Shown here in pieces: positions 1-11,013 of a stretch of DNA of 64,000 nt. The DNA is taken from NCBI GenBank assembly GCA_965224085.1, contig CBDCYI010000009.1:802951-866950 (forward strand), in the 5' to 3' direction. The notes beneath the pieces are model-generated. The model saw nothing but the letters and a program-made list of their open reading frames with translations, searched no databases and was not told the origin of the DNA. The stretch is from Candidatus Marinacidobacterales bacterium (lineage in GTDB: Bacteria > Acidobacteriota > Vicinamibacteria > Marinacidobacterales > SMYC01). How positions within the stretch are numbered: position 1 is the first letter of the stretch; every line of letters starts with the position of its first letter. A program made the translations under genes and the position numbers.

Positions 1-339
1 GACGAGAGCTCTGCTACGCTCGTTCTCGTCGCGGATGCTCGGATCCAAGAGCTCAATCGTGACTATCGCGGCTTCGACAAGCCGACCGACGTCCTGTCGT
101 TCCACGGCGTGGGCGGGAGTGCGGACTATCTCGGTGACATCGTTATTTCCGTGGAGACGGCGGATCGGCACGCAAGAAGGCGCCACAGCAATCTTAAACG
201 CGAGCTCAAGGTCTTGACACTTCACGGCTTCCTACATCTGCTCGGCTACGACCACGAAACGGATAACGGCGAGATGCGCCGCATCGAATATCGCTTACGC
301 CGGAAATTCCGGATCACGACTCCGAGGCGCGCCGCATGA
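1..339 (+). CDS. ybeY: rRNA maturation RNase YbeY, 5' end outside window
   Basis: Frame 1 is open from base 1: LNRDYRGFDKPTDVLSF, LGDIVIS and the HGFLHLLGYDH metal motif. Confidence 0.95.
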   Translation, partial: DESSATLVLVADARIQELNRDYRGFDKPTDVLSFHGVGGSADYLGDIVISVETADRHARRRHSNLKRELKVLTLHGFLHLLGYDHETDNGEMRRIEYRLRRKFRITTPRRAA

Positions 340-1580
340 TCTCATCTTGGCTCGCGGCTCTCGGCATTGCTCTATTGCTGGCGCTCGCGTTTTTTCTCGC
401 GCTCATCGATGTCGCTTTCGACTACTTCAGCAAGATCTCGATCCGCGCTTATCGCGAAGAGGGGTGGAAGCCAGAATATTTGACGCGCTCGCTCGAGGAC
501 CCGATGAGCTTTCTCCTACCGCTGCGCATCGGGCTTCAAGGTGCGTTCACGGGAATCACCGTCCTCGTCACGATGTTGTTCTTGTTCTCGTCCGCGCCGC
601 AGCCGTTTCTGCCGCTCCTTTTTGCCTTCGCGACGATGCTCGCGATCTTTCTCGTCTTTCGCGAGACTTTTCCGAACATCATCGCGCGCAAGAATCCCGA
701 ACATGTCCTGTTGACGCTCCTGCCCGCGTACCGTATCTACGCCAAGCTCGTCACGCCTATCAGCCGGCCGCTTTCTCGATTCGTCGGCGCGTTCATCCAC
801 GAAAGCGAAGAAGACGAGGTCGTTACGACCGAGGATGTGCAGGCTTTCATCGAAGCGGGTGAGGAAGAAGGTATCCTCGAGGGTGACGAAGGGCGTATGG
901 TGCAGTCTATCGTCGATCTCGGCGACAAAGTCGTGCGTGAGGTCATGACGCCGCGCCCAGAAATGGTGGCGATCCGAAATGACGCCACTCTCGGGGAAGT
1001 GCGCGAGCTTTTTACTAAAGAGAAACATGCGCGCGTTCCAGTTTATCGCGACAGTCTCGACAACATCGAAGGGCTCCTCTATGCGATCGATTTGATTGCT
1101 TTTCTCGAAGCGAACCCGGACGCGGCGATCAAACCTCTCGTACGGGAAGTGAGCTTCGTCCCCGAGACGAAGAAGGTCTCGGCTCTCCTCGCCGAGTTCC
1201 AGAGGAGCAATCAAACGCTGACAATGGTCGTTGACGAATATGGCGGGATCTCAGGTCTCGTGACCGTGGAGGATATCCTGGAAGAGATCGTGGGCGAGAT
1301 TCATGACGAGTTCGACGAAGTGGACCAGGAGATCGTCAAGGAACGCGACGGTGTCTTTCTTGTCAGCGGCCGTGCGGATATCGACGATGTGAAGCAACAG
1401 CTGCACTTCGAAGTGAACGGATCCGGCTTCGAGACGGTCTCGGGCTATGTTCTCGAATCGATCGGTCGTATCCCACGGGTGGGTGAGGTCATCGAGAATG
1501 GGGGCCTTCGCATCGAAGTCGTGGATGCGGACGGCCAGCGCATCCACAAGGTTCGCTTTCGCTTGGAGGGTGCTACCTAG
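336..1580 (+). CDS. Hemolysin/CorC-HlyC family protein (DUF21 + CBS pair + CorC domain)
   Basis: N-terminal TM helices, VREVMTPR, VVDEYGG.SGLVTVEDILEEIVGEI.DE; usual ybeY-corC-era order. Confidence 0.9.
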   Translation: MISSWLAALGIALLLALAFFLALIDVAFDYFSKISIRAYREEGWKPEYLTRSLEDPMSFLLPLRIGLQGAFTGITVLVTMLFLFSSAPQPFLPLLFAFATMLAIFLVFRETFPNIIARKNPEHVLLTLLPAYRIYAKLVTPISRPLSRFVGAFIHESEEDEVVTTEDVQAFIEAGEEEGILEGDEGRMVQSIVDLGDKVVREVMTPRPEMVAIRNDATLGEVRELFTKEKHARVPVYRDSLDNIEGLLYAIDLIAFLEANPDAAIKPLVREVSFVPETKKVSALLAEFQRSNQTLTMVVDEYGGISGLVTVEDILEEIVGEIHDEFDEVDQEIVKERDGVFLVSGRADIDDVKQQLHFEVNGSGFETVSGYVLESIGRIPRVGEVIENGGLRIEVVDADGQRIHKVRFRLEGAT

Positions 1581-1589
1581 GCGTCTTCG

Positions 1590-2471
1590 ATGCGTTCCGG
1601 ATTCATCTCTATCGTTGGTCGGCCGAACGTCGGAAAGTCAACGCTCTTGAACCGGCTCGTTGGCCAGAAGGTCGCGATCGTAACCGCCAAACCCCAGACG
1701 ACGCGGAATCGAATCCTCGCCATCGCGAATCGGCCCGAGGCGCAAATGGTGTTTTTCGATACGCCCGGCCTTCACAGAGGGCGACACGAGATGGATCGGC
1801 TGATGCTGCAGGCGGCTCTGTCGAGTCTCAAGCGGGTGGACCTCGTTTTGCTGATGATCGATATCGGCAAGAGGTTCGGGGGCAGAGACGAGCACGTGAT
1901 GAAGCTCATCAAAGAGGTACAGGTGCCCGTGATTCTGGGCATCAACAAGATCGATGCGAGCAAGAAGCAAGACATCCTCCCCGTGATCGATGCCTATCGG
2001 CACAAGCACGACTTTGCCGAGATCGTGCCTTTCTCCGCACTGACGGGTGACAACGTCGATCGTCTCGAATCCACGCTCAGGAGCTACCTCCCGGAGGGTG
2101 AAGTCCTCTATCCGGAAGAGACGCTCACGGATCTCTCGGAGCGCTTCTTCATCTCCGAGATGGTCCGGGAAAAGATCCTCGAACTCACGCGTCAAGAGGT
2201 GCCGCACTCGACGGCCGTTCTCATCGACTCCTGGGAAGATGGCGACGCGCTCACGCGGATCGAAGCTTCCGTCCTCGTCGAGCGTGATTCGCAGAAAGTG
2301 ATCCTTCTGGGCCGCGGGGGCGGGATGATGAAGAAAATCGGAACCGCGGCTCGTAAAGACGCAGAAGCGTTTCTTGGAACGAAAGTCTATCTCGGCCTCC
2401 ACGTCAAAGTGCGCGGCGACTGGCGCGAGAACAGGCGGCTGTTGAACGACCTCGGCATCGATTCACACTGA
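1590..2471 (+). CDS. era: GTPase Era
   Basis: GRPNVGKS, QTTR, DTPG, NKID motifs and C-terminal KH domain. Confidence 0.97.
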   Translation: MRSGFISIVGRPNVGKSTLLNRLVGQKVAIVTAKPQTTRNRILAIANRPEAQMVFFDTPGLHRGRHEMDRLMLQAALSSLKRVDLVLLMIDIGKRFGGRDEHVMKLIKEVQVPVILGINKIDASKKQDILPVIDAYRHKHDFAEIVPFSALTGDNVDRLESTLRSYLPEGEVLYPEETLTDLSERFFISEMVREKILELTRQEVPHSTAVLIDSWEDGDALTRIEASVLVERDSQKVILLGRGGGMMKKIGTAARKDAEAFLGTKVYLGLHVKVRGDWRENRRLLNDLGIDSH

Positions 2472-2493
2472 GTAGCTTTCTTTTTTCGACTTC

Positions 2494-3777
2494 TCAAGAA
2501 GCGCTCGCGAGCGACGCCTCGAGGATATCCAAGCCGCGCTCGAGCTCTTCGTCCGAGATCACGAGCGGCATGAGTGTTCGAATGACGTTTCCGTTCGCGG
2601 TCATCAACAAGAGCCCGCGCTCGAGCGCGTGTTCTAGAACACGATTGGCGCGTGACGTGTCGTCGAGCTCGAGACCGCACATGGCTCCGAGACCGCGCGC
2701 GTCTTTCACGAAGTCGAAGCGAGTGGCGAACTGGCGAAAGCTGGCCATCACCGTCTTGCCGATGACGCCCGCGCGCTCGGGAAGGCTCGCTTCTTTCATG
2801 ATGTCGAGGACAGCGTTCGCGGCCGCGCAGGCGATTGGGTTGCCGCCATAGGTCCCGCCGATCCCGCCGACTTGCGGCGCGTCGAGAATATCGGCTGGCG
2901 CCGTGATCGCGCTCAAGGGGAGGCCGGCCGCAAGTGACTTCGCCATGACGACCATGTCGGGCACAACGTCGAAGTGCTCGAAAGCGAAGAGCGCTCCCGT
3001 ACGCCCAAAGCCCGTTTGCACCTCGTCGCTCGCGAACAGGATGCCGTGCTCACGCGTTACCTCCCAGAGCGTGCGGAAAGCCGCGGGATGCGCGGGCAAA
3101 AAGCCGCCTTCGCCGAGCACGGGCTCGATCAACACGCAGGCAATGTGTTGCGGCTCGATCTGATACGTGAAAACTTGCTCGAGCGCGCTGCGGCAGGCGG
3201 CTTCGACCTCGCTATCGGGTCTCTCACCTGGGCCGAAGAACGGCTCGTAGGGAAGGCGATAGACCTCCGGTGCGAAAGGGCCAAAGCCTTCGGTGTAAGG
3301 CTTCACCTTGCCCGTAAGCGTCATCGCCAAAAGCGTCCGCCCGTGAAAGCCGCGTTCGAAGCTCAAAACCGCTTGCCGCCGCGTGTAGGCCCGGGCAATA
3401 TTCACGGTATTCTCGGTCGCTTCGGCGCCGCTATTGAAGAGTACGGTTTTTTTCGGGCTGGGAATGGCGACGATCTCGTTGAGCCGCTCCGCGAGGCGGA
3501 CGTAGGGCTCGTACATCACCACATGGAAGCACGTGTGGATGAAGCGCTCGGCCTGCTCACGGATAGCCGCAACGACTTTGGGGTGGTTGTGGCCCACGTT
3601 CTGGACGCCGATCCCGCCGCAAAAGTCGATGTATTCACGGCCATCGACGTCCCAGAGCTTCGCCCCTTCCGCCCTATCGGCAAAAATGGGCGCGACGTTG
3701 AAAGGGCCGCGCGGGACGGCCTTCTGGCGTCTGGACAGAAGCTCCGACTGTGTACTCTCGGAAGTCGGGGGGCTCAT
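2494..3777 (-). CDS. gabT: 4-aminobutyrate aminotransferase (class III PLP enzyme)
   Basis: WDVDGREYIDF, NSGAEA, FHGRT, DEVQTGFGRTG, AKSLA, GGTYGGNP. Confidence 0.88.
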   Translation of the reverse strand: MSPPTSESTQSELLSRRQKAVPRGPFNVAPIFADRAEGAKLWDVDGREYIDFCGGIGVQNVGHNHPKVVAAIREQAERFIHTCFHVVMYEPYVRLAERLNEIVAIPSPKKTVLFNSGAEATENTVNIARAYTRRQAVLSFERGFHGRTLLAMTLTGKVKPYTEGFGPFAPEVYRLPYEPFFGPGERPDSEVEAACRSALEQVFTYQIEPQHIACVLIEPVLGEGGFLPAHPAAFRTLWEVTREHGILFASDEVQTGFGRTGALFAFEHFDVVPDMVVMAKSLAAGLPLSAITAPADILDAPQVGGIGGTYGGNPIACAAANAVLDIMKEASLPERAGVIGKTVMASFRQFATRFDFVKDARGLGAMCGLELDDTSRANRVLEHALERGLLLMTANGNVIRTLMPLVISDEELERGLDILEASLASAS

Positions 3778-3940
3778 GAAGCACGCTCCTAAGATCCTAT
3801 AAGACGCCGCGATGGTGACACAGGGGTGCCACTAAATTCAAGAAAATACACTAGTAACGGCCTAAAGGGGTTGGTGGCGTTCAGCTGTTGTGTTAGTCTA
3901 GTCTCGACGATGGCCGAATCGATCCCGATAGGTAGCCAAT

Positions 3941-5302
3941 ATGCCGTTGACCCGGACACCTTTACTCGCCCAGACCGTGCGCAAGCTCGTGGCACGGGGC
4001 GCGTATGTCAACGCCTACAAGATTCTCAGCCGCCTCCATCCTTCTGATATTGCCGATATACTCGGCGACCTCTCCGAACATCTCCGCCGCGAAACGTTCG
4101 AAACGCTCTACAAGCGTGACTTGACGCTCGCGAGCGAAGCGCTCTCCGAGCTCGGGCCCGAGCGAGGCGCACCCATTCTGTCGGAGATGTCGTCTCAGGA
4201 GATCTCGAGGATCCTCCAGGAGCTCGATCCGGACGACGCCGCCGATTTCGTCGCGGATCTCCCCCAGGAGCTTCAAGAAGAAATTCTCGGCGCGATGCGC
4301 GAGAAGGAGGCCGCGGAGGTCGAGGATCTTCTGCAATATCCCGAGCAGACTGCGGGCCGCATCATGAGCCCAAAGGTCTTCTCGCTCGACGAGGACACTA
4401 CGGTAGCGGAGACCATCGAGCGTCTTCAAGATGCCGGAGACGACTTGGAGATGGTCTTCTACATCTATGTCGTGGACGAGCACGGCAATCTGGTCGGTGT
4501 CTTGTCCCTGCGCCAGATTCTCTTGAAGCGGCCCGAGACGCCTCTCAGCGAAATCATGGAGACCGACGTCATCCGGGTCACCACCGATACGGACCAAGAA
4601 GAAGTTTCGCAGCTCGTCGCGTCGTACAACGTTCTCGCCATCCCAGTGGTGGATGCGCAGAATAAGCTCGTCGGCGTCATTACCGTCGACGATGTCATCG
4701 ACGTCATCAAGGAAGAGGCGACCGAAGACATGTATCGGCTTGCGGGGCTCGATACGGAAGAGCGTGTCTTCACGCCGCCCCGCACCTCTTTCCAAAAGCG
4801 CGTCCCTTGGCTCGTCGTGAACCTGGTGACGGCGTTTCTTGCCGCGCTCGTGGTCGCGCAATACGAGTCCGTCATCGGGCAGTTCGCGGTACTCGCGGTC
4901 TTCATGCCCATCGTGCCTCTTCTCGCCGGCAATGCGGGCAACCAGACGCTGACCGTGATGGTGCGCGGGATCGCGCTCGGCGAGCTCTCGTGGGCGAGTA
5001 GCCGGAAGGCTCTGGTCAAAGAGGTCTTGGTGGGCGTTGCTAACGGGATCGTCATGGGGATTCTCGTCGGCTTCGTCGCATATATGTGGAAAGGCGATCC
5101 CATCATCGGCGCTGTGTTGGCGCTCGCGATGCTCGGGACGCTTTTTGTGGCTGCGGTCATGGGAACGTTGGTCCCGCTTTTTCTCCGATGGATCAAGATC
5201 GATCCGGCGCTCGCCTCCTCGGTATTTGTGACGACGGCCACCGACGTGACGGGGTTTCTACTCTTCCTCGGGCTAGGGTCCTTCGTCCTCGCGCGCTACT
5301 AA
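3941..5302 (+). CDS. mgtE: Magnesium transporter MgtE
   Basis: MgtE N-domain, CBS pair, GNAGNQ and DPALAS..VTT.TDV TM motifs. Confidence 0.95.
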   Translation: MPLTRTPLLAQTVRKLVARGAYVNAYKILSRLHPSDIADILGDLSEHLRRETFETLYKRDLTLASEALSELGPERGAPILSEMSSQEISRILQELDPDDAADFVADLPQELQEEILGAMREKEAAEVEDLLQYPEQTAGRIMSPKVFSLDEDTTVAETIERLQDAGDDLEMVFYIYVVDEHGNLVGVLSLRQILLKRPETPLSEIMETDVIRVTTDTDQEEVSQLVASYNVLAIPVVDAQNKLVGVITVDDVIDVIKEEATEDMYRLAGLDTEERVFTPPRTSFQKRVPWLVVNLVTAFLAALVVAQYESVIGQFAVLAVFMPIVPLLAGNAGNQTLTVMVRGIALGELSWASSRKALVKEVLVGVANGIVMGILVGFVAYMWKGDPIIGAVLALAMLGTLFVAAVMGTLVPLFLRWIKIDPALASSVFVTTATDVTGFLLFLGLGSFVLARY

Positions 5303-5311
5303 CCTCGTCAA

Positions 5312-6067
5312 ATGCCTGTCCGGCGGGCAATCGCGACCGTCCTCAGAAGCTACAAAGTTGGCGAGACCGACAAGATCGTTGTTTTCTTCACGCTTCCTTT
5401 TGGAAAGTTGCGGGGTATGGCCCGCGCGGCGAGACGCATGCGCTCGCGCTTTGGAAGCAGTCTCGAGATCGGCACCGAAGTCGAGCTCACCTTCTTCGAG
5501 AAGGAGAGCCGAGAGCTCGTCAGCGTAGATCGCTGTGATATAGTCCGGTCCAGGTTTTCGGAATTGGGAGAGCCCATTCTCGCGTCGACCCTTGGCTACG
5601 TGACGGATCTCGTCGACCATTTCGCGCTCGAGCGCGAGGCCAACACACGCCTCTATCGATTGTTGCGCGCGACCATTGAAGCCCTCGAGGTCGATGCGAG
5701 TCCCGAGACGAAAGCGCGTTATTTCGAGGCTTGGCTCTTGCGGCTCGTCGGGTTCTATCCGAGGCGGAAGAATTGCCCCTCATGCGGCCGCGCGCTCGCT
5801 GATGAGGGGGCGCGTTATCTCGCAGTCGAGCATCGTCTCGAGTGCCTACGCTGTCTAGATTCGGGTATTTTGTTGTCACCGCGCGCGCTCCAATATCTCG
5901 AAGTGATGTGGAAGACGGCGCCCCATGTGCTGGCGCCGCCGGAGACGGAGGAGGTGCTGCGCGAGCTCGGCTCGTTTCACTACCGTCTCATGCAGGAACA
6001 GCTGGAGAAGGATTTGAAGTCACATCAAGTATTCGAGGATTTGCTGCGATACGAGAAAGGACGATGA
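5312..6067 (+). CDS. recO: DNA repair protein RecO
   Basis: GETDKIV.FFT..GKL.G.AR OB fold, CxxC...CxxC zinc finger, upstream of glyQ. Confidence 0.9.
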   Translation: MPVRRAIATVLRSYKVGETDKIVVFFTLPFGKLRGMARAARRMRSRFGSSLEIGTEVELTFFEKESRELVSVDRCDIVRSRFSELGEPILASTLGYVTDLVDHFALEREANTRLYRLLRATIEALEVDASPETKARYFEAWLLRLVGFYPRRKNCPSCGRALADEGARYLAVEHRLECLRCLDSGILLSPRALQYLEVMWKTAPHVLAPPETEEVLRELGSFHYRLMQEQLEKDLKSHQVFEDLLRYEKGR

Positions 6068-6921
6068 CACTTCAAGAGCTCATCTTCACTCTCACGAAGT
6101 TCTGGTCGGATCGAGGCGTTTTAGTCCAGCAACCTTATGATGTCGAAATGGGGGCCGGGACGATGCACCCCGAGACGTTTTTGCGCGTCCTGGGTCCGGA
6201 ACCCTGGAAGGCGGTCTTCGTGCAGCCGTCCCGTCGTCCCGCCGACGGCCGCTATGGAGACAACCCGAACCGGCTCTACAAACATCTCCAGCTTCAGCTC
6301 GTCTTGAAGCCGCCGCCGCACGACATTCAGGACCTCTATTTGAAGAGCCTCTCGGCCTGCGGGATCGACCCGAAGGTACACGATATCCGCTTCGAGGAGG
6401 ACAACTGGGAGTCCCCGACTCTGGGCGCTTGGGGCATCGGCTGGCAAGTGCTGCTCGATGGTCTCGAGGTCTCGCAGTTCACCTATTTTCAGCAGGCGGG
6501 CGGCATCCTCCTTTCGCCCATCTCGGGCGAGATCACTTACGGGCTCGAGCGGCTCGACATGTATCTGCAGAATGTCGATGACGTTTATGATCTCGAATGG
6601 GCGCCCGGCATTTTGTACCGCGACGTCCGCCATCGCGACGAAGTCGAGGGCTCCCGGTTCAATTTCGACGCGGCGAATGTCGAGATGACGCGCCGCCACT
6701 TCGACGAGCTCTACGCGGAGAGCGGAAGGTTGCTCGAGGAAGGACTCGTGCTACCCGCCTACGAGCACTGTCTAAAGTGCTCGCACTTGTTCAATACGCT
6801 CGATGCGCGTGGCGCCGTATCCGTCAACGAGCGCATGGCGATGATCTTGAAAGTGCGCGAGCTGGCCTGTGCGGTGGCGAGAGCCTATGTCGGCGTGACC
6901 GAGGAGCCGGCCGCATCATGA
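6064..6921 (+). CDS. glyQ: Glycine--tRNA ligase alpha subunit
   Basis: Start MTLQELI at 6064; [36 protein letters not shown]. Confidence 0.97.
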   Translation: MTLQELIFTLTKFWSDRGVLVQQPYDVEMGAGTMHPETFLRVLGPEPWKAVFVQPSRRPADGRYGDNPNRLYKHLQLQLVLKPPPHDIQDLYLKSLSACGIDPKVHDIRFEEDNWESPTLGAWGIGWQVLLDGLEVSQFTYFQQAGGILLSPISGEITYGLERLDMYLQNVDDVYDLEWAPGILYRDVRHRDEVEGSRFNFDAANVEMTRRHFDELYAESGRLLEEGLVLPAYEHCLKCSHLFNTLDARGAVSVNERMAMILKVRELACAVARAYVGVTEEPAAS

Positions 6922-9014
6922 ATAACCTTCCGCTCCTCTGGGAAATCGGCTGCGAAGAGATCCCGGCCTCGTGGCTTTCGCGAACCATCCGCGAGCTCGA
7001 GGAGCAGGCAAGAAAGGAGCTCGCAGAAGCCGGGCTCGACGCTAGAGGCGTGGCGTCGAGCGGCACCATGCGAAGACTCGTCCTACACGTGCCGAAGCTC
7101 GCCGACAAGCAGCCCGACCGAAGCGAGCAAGTGACGGGCCCGCCACTGCGGGTAGCACGGGACGAAAACGGCGCGTGGACTCGGGCCGGTCTCGGCTTCG
7201 CGAAGAAAAACGGCATCGGGCCGAAACGCCTCACTGTGCTCACGACACCCAAAGGCGAGTATGTCGGTTTCGAGCGCTCGACGAAGGGACAGAAGACATT
7301 CGCCCTGCTTCCGGACGTGATGACGAAGATCTTGCGCGGCTTGTCCTTTCCGAAATTCATGCATTGGGACGCGACGCTCGCCGACGGCAAGCCGTTCCCG
7401 TTCGGGCGGCCGATCCGCTGGATGGTCGCGCTCTACGGCACCCACGTCGTGCCGTTTACGATCCACGTTTCCGGCTCGCCTTCTGTAAAGAGCGGACGCA
7501 AGTCGCGAGGCCATCGCGTTCTCGCTTCAGCGGGCCAGCGCGGCGGCGCACCGTTCAAGGTGACGAGCTTTCGCGAGCTGAAGTCGACGCTCAAGAGCAA
7601 TTACGTGATCCTGGATCCGGACGAACGTCGCGAGCGGCTGATGAAGGAGTTGAGAAAGCTCGAAAAAAAGGCGGGCGCCCGCTGCGCCCCGGGGCTCGAC
7701 CCGGCGCTGGTGGTTGAGCTCTCTGAGTGGCCGGGCGCGGTGCTCGGGACTTACCCCGAGGAATTCTTGAGTCTTCCCGAAGAAGTTCGGCACACGGTGC
7801 TCATCCACCATCAGCACTATTTTCCTCTGCAGAAGAAGCCGGCCTTCATCGCGCCGACCAACATGGCGGCGGATACGAAAGGCAATATGAGGACGGGCGC
7901 CGAGCGCGTCGTCGTCGCGCGCCTTCGTGACGCTAAGTTCTTCTGGGACGATGATCTGAAAACGCCGCTCCACGCGCGCTCGACACGGCTCGAAGGCGTT
8001 TTGTTCCACGCGAAGCTCGGTAGCTATCGGGAGAAGAGCGAGCGTATGGTCACGATTGCGCTTGCCATTGCCGCGAAAACGGAGACGCGTGAAGCGCCGG
8101 TCCGCCGTGCGGCCGCGCTCGCGAAGTGCGATCTAGTCACGGGTATGGTGGGAGAATTCCCCGAGCTTCAAGGCATCATGGGCGGCCTCTACGCGAAGGA
8201 GCAAGGCGAGGCCGAGCCCGTTTGGAAAGCGGTCTATGGCCATTACGAGCCCAAGGGGCTCGAGGAAGACGGCTTTCCTCTCAACCGCGAAGGCGCGGTG
8301 GTAGCGCTCGCTGACAAGCTCGACACACTCGGGAGTATGTTCTCCGTCGGGCTCGTGCCGACTGGCTCACGCGATCCTTTTGCCCTGCGGCGTGCGGCGC
8401 TCGGCGTCATCCGTATTCTTCTCGAAAGCCACGAACGGCTCGACTTTCCGCTCGAGATCACGCCCGATGAGCTCCTGGCGCTCGGCGACGCGCCGGTAGA
8501 CGACAAGCTCCTGGAGTTTTTTACCGAGCGGCTCCGTTTCGTTTTCGCGCGGCGCTATCGCCATGACGAGATCTCTGCTGTGTTCGCTCTCGGAGCGCTC
8601 GACCGACCGGTTACCGACACCGCGCACCGGCTCGAGGCGGTCGCAGCGCTTCGCGGCTCGGGGGATTTCCAGGCGCTCTCCTCCGCGTTCAAACGCGTAA
8701 GGAACATCCTCGCCGACAAGAAGCCAGGCCGAGTCGATCCCGAAGCGTTCTCGGAGAAACAAGAGGAAGAACTTTATTCCGCGCTCGAAGCCATGGAGCC
8801 GAGCGCGACCGCGAAGATCAAAGACGGATCCTACAGGGAAGCGCTTCTGGAGCTTTCGACCTTGCGGCCCGCGGTCGATCGATTTTTTGACGAAGTGCTG
8901 GTAATGGCGGAAGACGAGAGGTTGCGGACCAACCGTTTGGCGCTCCTTCACCGATTGCGTACTCTGCTCTCCCAGGTCGCGGATCTTTCCGAGATCGTCT
9001 CCGCCGACAACTGA
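6918..9014 (+). CDS. glyS: Glycine--tRNA ligase beta subunit
   Basis: ATG at 6918 overlaps the glyQ stop; [39 protein letters not shown]. Confidence 0.95.
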   Translation: MNNLPLLWEIGCEEIPASWLSRTIRELEEQARKELAEAGLDARGVASSGTMRRLVLHVPKLADKQPDRSEQVTGPPLRVARDENGAWTRAGLGFAKKNGIGPKRLTVLTTPKGEYVGFERSTKGQKTFALLPDVMTKILRGLSFPKFMHWDATLADGKPFPFGRPIRWMVALYGTHVVPFTIHVSGSPSVKSGRKSRGHRVLASAGQRGGAPFKVTSFRELKSTLKSNYVILDPDERRERLMKELRKLEKKAGARCAPGLDPALVVELSEWPGAVLGTYPEEFLSLPEEVRHTVLIHHQHYFPLQKKPAFIAPTNMAADTKGNMRTGAERVVVARLRDAKFFWDDDLKTPLHARSTRLEGVLFHAKLGSYREKSERMVTIALAIAAKTETREAPVRRAAALAKCDLVTGMVGEFPELQGIMGGLYAKEQGEAEPVWKAVYGHYEPKGLEEDGFPLNREGAVVALADKLDTLGSMFSVGLVPTGSRDPFALRRAALGVIRILLESHERLDFPLEITPDELLALGDAPVDDKLLEFFTERLRFVFARRYRHDEISAVFALGALDRPVTDTAHRLEAVAALRGSGDFQALSSAFKRVRNILADKKPGRVDPEAFSEKQEEELYSALEAMEPSATAKIKDGSYREALLELSTLRPAVDRFFDEVLVMAEDERLRTNRLALLHRLRTLLSQVADLSEIVSADN

Positions 9015-9028
9015 GCCCCTTATCCAAG

Positions 9029-10795
9029 ATGACGAAGATCCGTTTGATGCCGGATGCGCTGGCGAATCAGATCGCCGCGGGGGAAGTCGTTGAGCGCCCC
9101 GCTTCGGTCGTCAAGGAGCTTGTTGAGAACTCACTCGATGCGGGCGCGAGTTCGATTTTCGCCCTCATCGAGAAGAGCGGCAAGGATCGCATCCGGATTT
9201 CCGATGACGGTATCGGTATGAGTCCGGAAGACGCGCGCCTCTCTCTCGAGCGTCACGCCACGAGCAAGCTCTACTCTGCGGACGAGCTCTCGAACATCTC
9301 GTCCCTCGGCTTTCGTGGGGAGGCGTTGCCGTCCATCGCTTCCGTGTCGCAATTCACGCTTCAGACTCGGGAGGCCTCATCGAACGCGGGCTACGAGATC
9401 GAAATCGTTGGCGGTAAGCTCGTTCGAGAAGGGGAGCTCGGTGTGCCTCCCGGAACAGTCATCGACGTGCGGCAACTATTCGTGAACGTGCCGGCGCGGC
9501 GCAAATTTCTACGTGCCGACGTCACCGAGGCGTCGCACATTGCGGCGCAGATTTCGAACCTCGCCGTTTGCTACCCCGACGTGCATTTCCGTCTCGAGCA
9601 CGGCAAACGAAAGGTGCTCGACACCCCTTCGGTGCCGTCGCGGCGCGAGCGTATCTATCAAATCGATAAAAGCTGGGTGGAGACCACTGTCGTTCTCGAC
9701 GATCACGTCGGAAGCCTCGCGATCCAGGCTTGGCTCGCACCGCCCGCGGAATCCCGCGGGACGTCAACGCGGCTGCACGCTTACGTGAACGGAAGGCCCG
9801 TCAAGGATCGCATCCTCACCCACGCGGTCATGGAAGCCTATCGCCAGGTTTCTTCGAAATCGGGGACCCCGCGCGTTTATTTGTTCCTGGAGCTTCCGCC
9901 CGACAAAGTCGACGTCAACGTCCATCCGGCGAAGAGCGAGGTGCGTTTCGTCGATCAGCAATTCGTCCACCACGCCGTGTTCTCTGCTGTTAAGAACACG
10001 CTGCACGGCGACGGGCGAGCGCCGGACGTACTCATTACGAGGTCGGGAAGCGGGCTCGCGCCGCCGCCGTTCAAACGCGAGCCGACTCCCGCCCTATACG
10101 GCCAATCGGGCCAATCGGGCCAATCGGGAATGACGGAAATGTCGGGGACCCAAATGGCCGAAGCTCTACTAAGCCCGCAGGCGGCTTCTTCTGAGCCCAC
10201 GCCCACTTTTGCCGAGTTCGTCGATACGCCGCCGATCCCGATCGGACAGTTTCGCGAAAGCTATATCCTCGCCGCCGATGACGACGACGTCTGGCTCGTC
10301 GACCAACACGCGGCGCACGAGCGCATCCTTTACGAAGATCTTGTCGATCGAGGCGACAGCGGTGAGCAGCAACTCTTGCTCACAGCTACGCCGCTCGAGC
10401 TCACGCCGTCCGAGCGCGTGACGATGGAGGAAGAGCTCTCGCAGCTTCTTGCTTTCGGCTATGACATCGAGCCCTTCGGCGGCGACGGCTACGTCCTCCG
10501 CGCCGTGCCCGCGGCACTCTCGGGAATCGACACGTTGCGGCTCGTGCGTGCGGCGCTCGGTGAACGCGAGCGCGAGTGCCGCAGCTCATCGGTCATCGAT
10601 GCGCAGAGCCGCATCGCCGCCCGGCTAGCTTGCCACGCTGCTATCAAAGTCAACTTCCCGCTCGCGATGGAGAAGATGCAATACATCGTGCGGACGCTCT
10701 GGAAGGCGCGGCAGCCGACCGTCTGTCCGCACGGCCGTCCGACGACCCTTCGGATCGGCCTCGAGCAGATTGAAAGAAACTTCGGGAGGATCTAG
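9029..10795 (+). CDS. mutL: DNA mismatch repair endonuclease MutL
   Basis: NQIAAGEVVERPASVVKELVENSLDAGA, GFRGEAL, DQHAAHER, CPHGRP. Confidence 0.97.
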   Translation: MTKIRLMPDALANQIAAGEVVERPASVVKELVENSLDAGASSIFALIEKSGKDRIRISDDGIGMSPEDARLSLERHATSKLYSADELSNISSLGFRGEALPSIASVSQFTLQTREASSNAGYEIEIVGGKLVREGELGVPPGTVIDVRQLFVNVPARRKFLRADVTEASHIAAQISNLAVCYPDVHFRLEHGKRKVLDTPSVPSRRERIYQIDKSWVETTVVLDDHVGSLAIQAWLAPPAESRGTSTRLHAYVNGRPVKDRILTHAVMEAYRQVSSKSGTPRVYLFLELPPDKVDVNVHPAKSEVRFVDQQFVHHAVFSAVKNTLHGDGRAPDVLITRSGSGLAPPPFKREPTPALYGQSGQSGQSGMTEMSGTQMAEALLSPQAASSEPTPTFAEFVDTPPIPIGQFRESYILAADDDDVWLVDQHAAHERILYEDLVDRGDSGEQQLLLTATPLELTPSERVTMEEELSQLLAFGYDIEPFGGDGYVLRAVPAALSGIDTLRLVRAALGERERECRSSSVIDAQSRIAARLACHAAIKVNFPLAMEKMQYIVRTLWKARQPTVCPHGRPTTLRIGLEQIERNFGRI

Positions 10796-10797
10796 GC

Positions 10798-11013
10798 GTG
10801 TCCCAGAAACAGAACGTCAACTGGTCAGGGTGGACGCTGTACTATGTCGGGCGCGGGCTCGAGTTGTTCGGCTTCATCGCCGTGAGCCTGGCGATGGTTA
10901 ACTTTTTCGGCACCAGCCAAATGCGGCCCATGCTCGGGATGACGGGCGTGGGTGGGGCCCTTTTTGTCGTTGGTTGGCTTCTTTCCAAGAACGACCCAGG
11001 ACGTAAACAATGA
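10798..11013 (+). CDS. Small two-TM hypothetical membrane protein
   Basis: Fills the gap between mutL and the next gene with an ATGA overlap; two hydrophobic stretches. Confidence 0.6.
   Translation: MSQKQNVNWSGWTLYYVGRGLELFGFIAVSLAMVNFFGTSQMRPMLGMTGVGGALFVVGWLLSKNDPGRKQ

Noticed and set aside
516-9014. Long antisense and alternative-frame ORFs over housekeeping genes
   Set aside because: Expected shadow ORFs in high-GC DNA, with no motifs or RBS support
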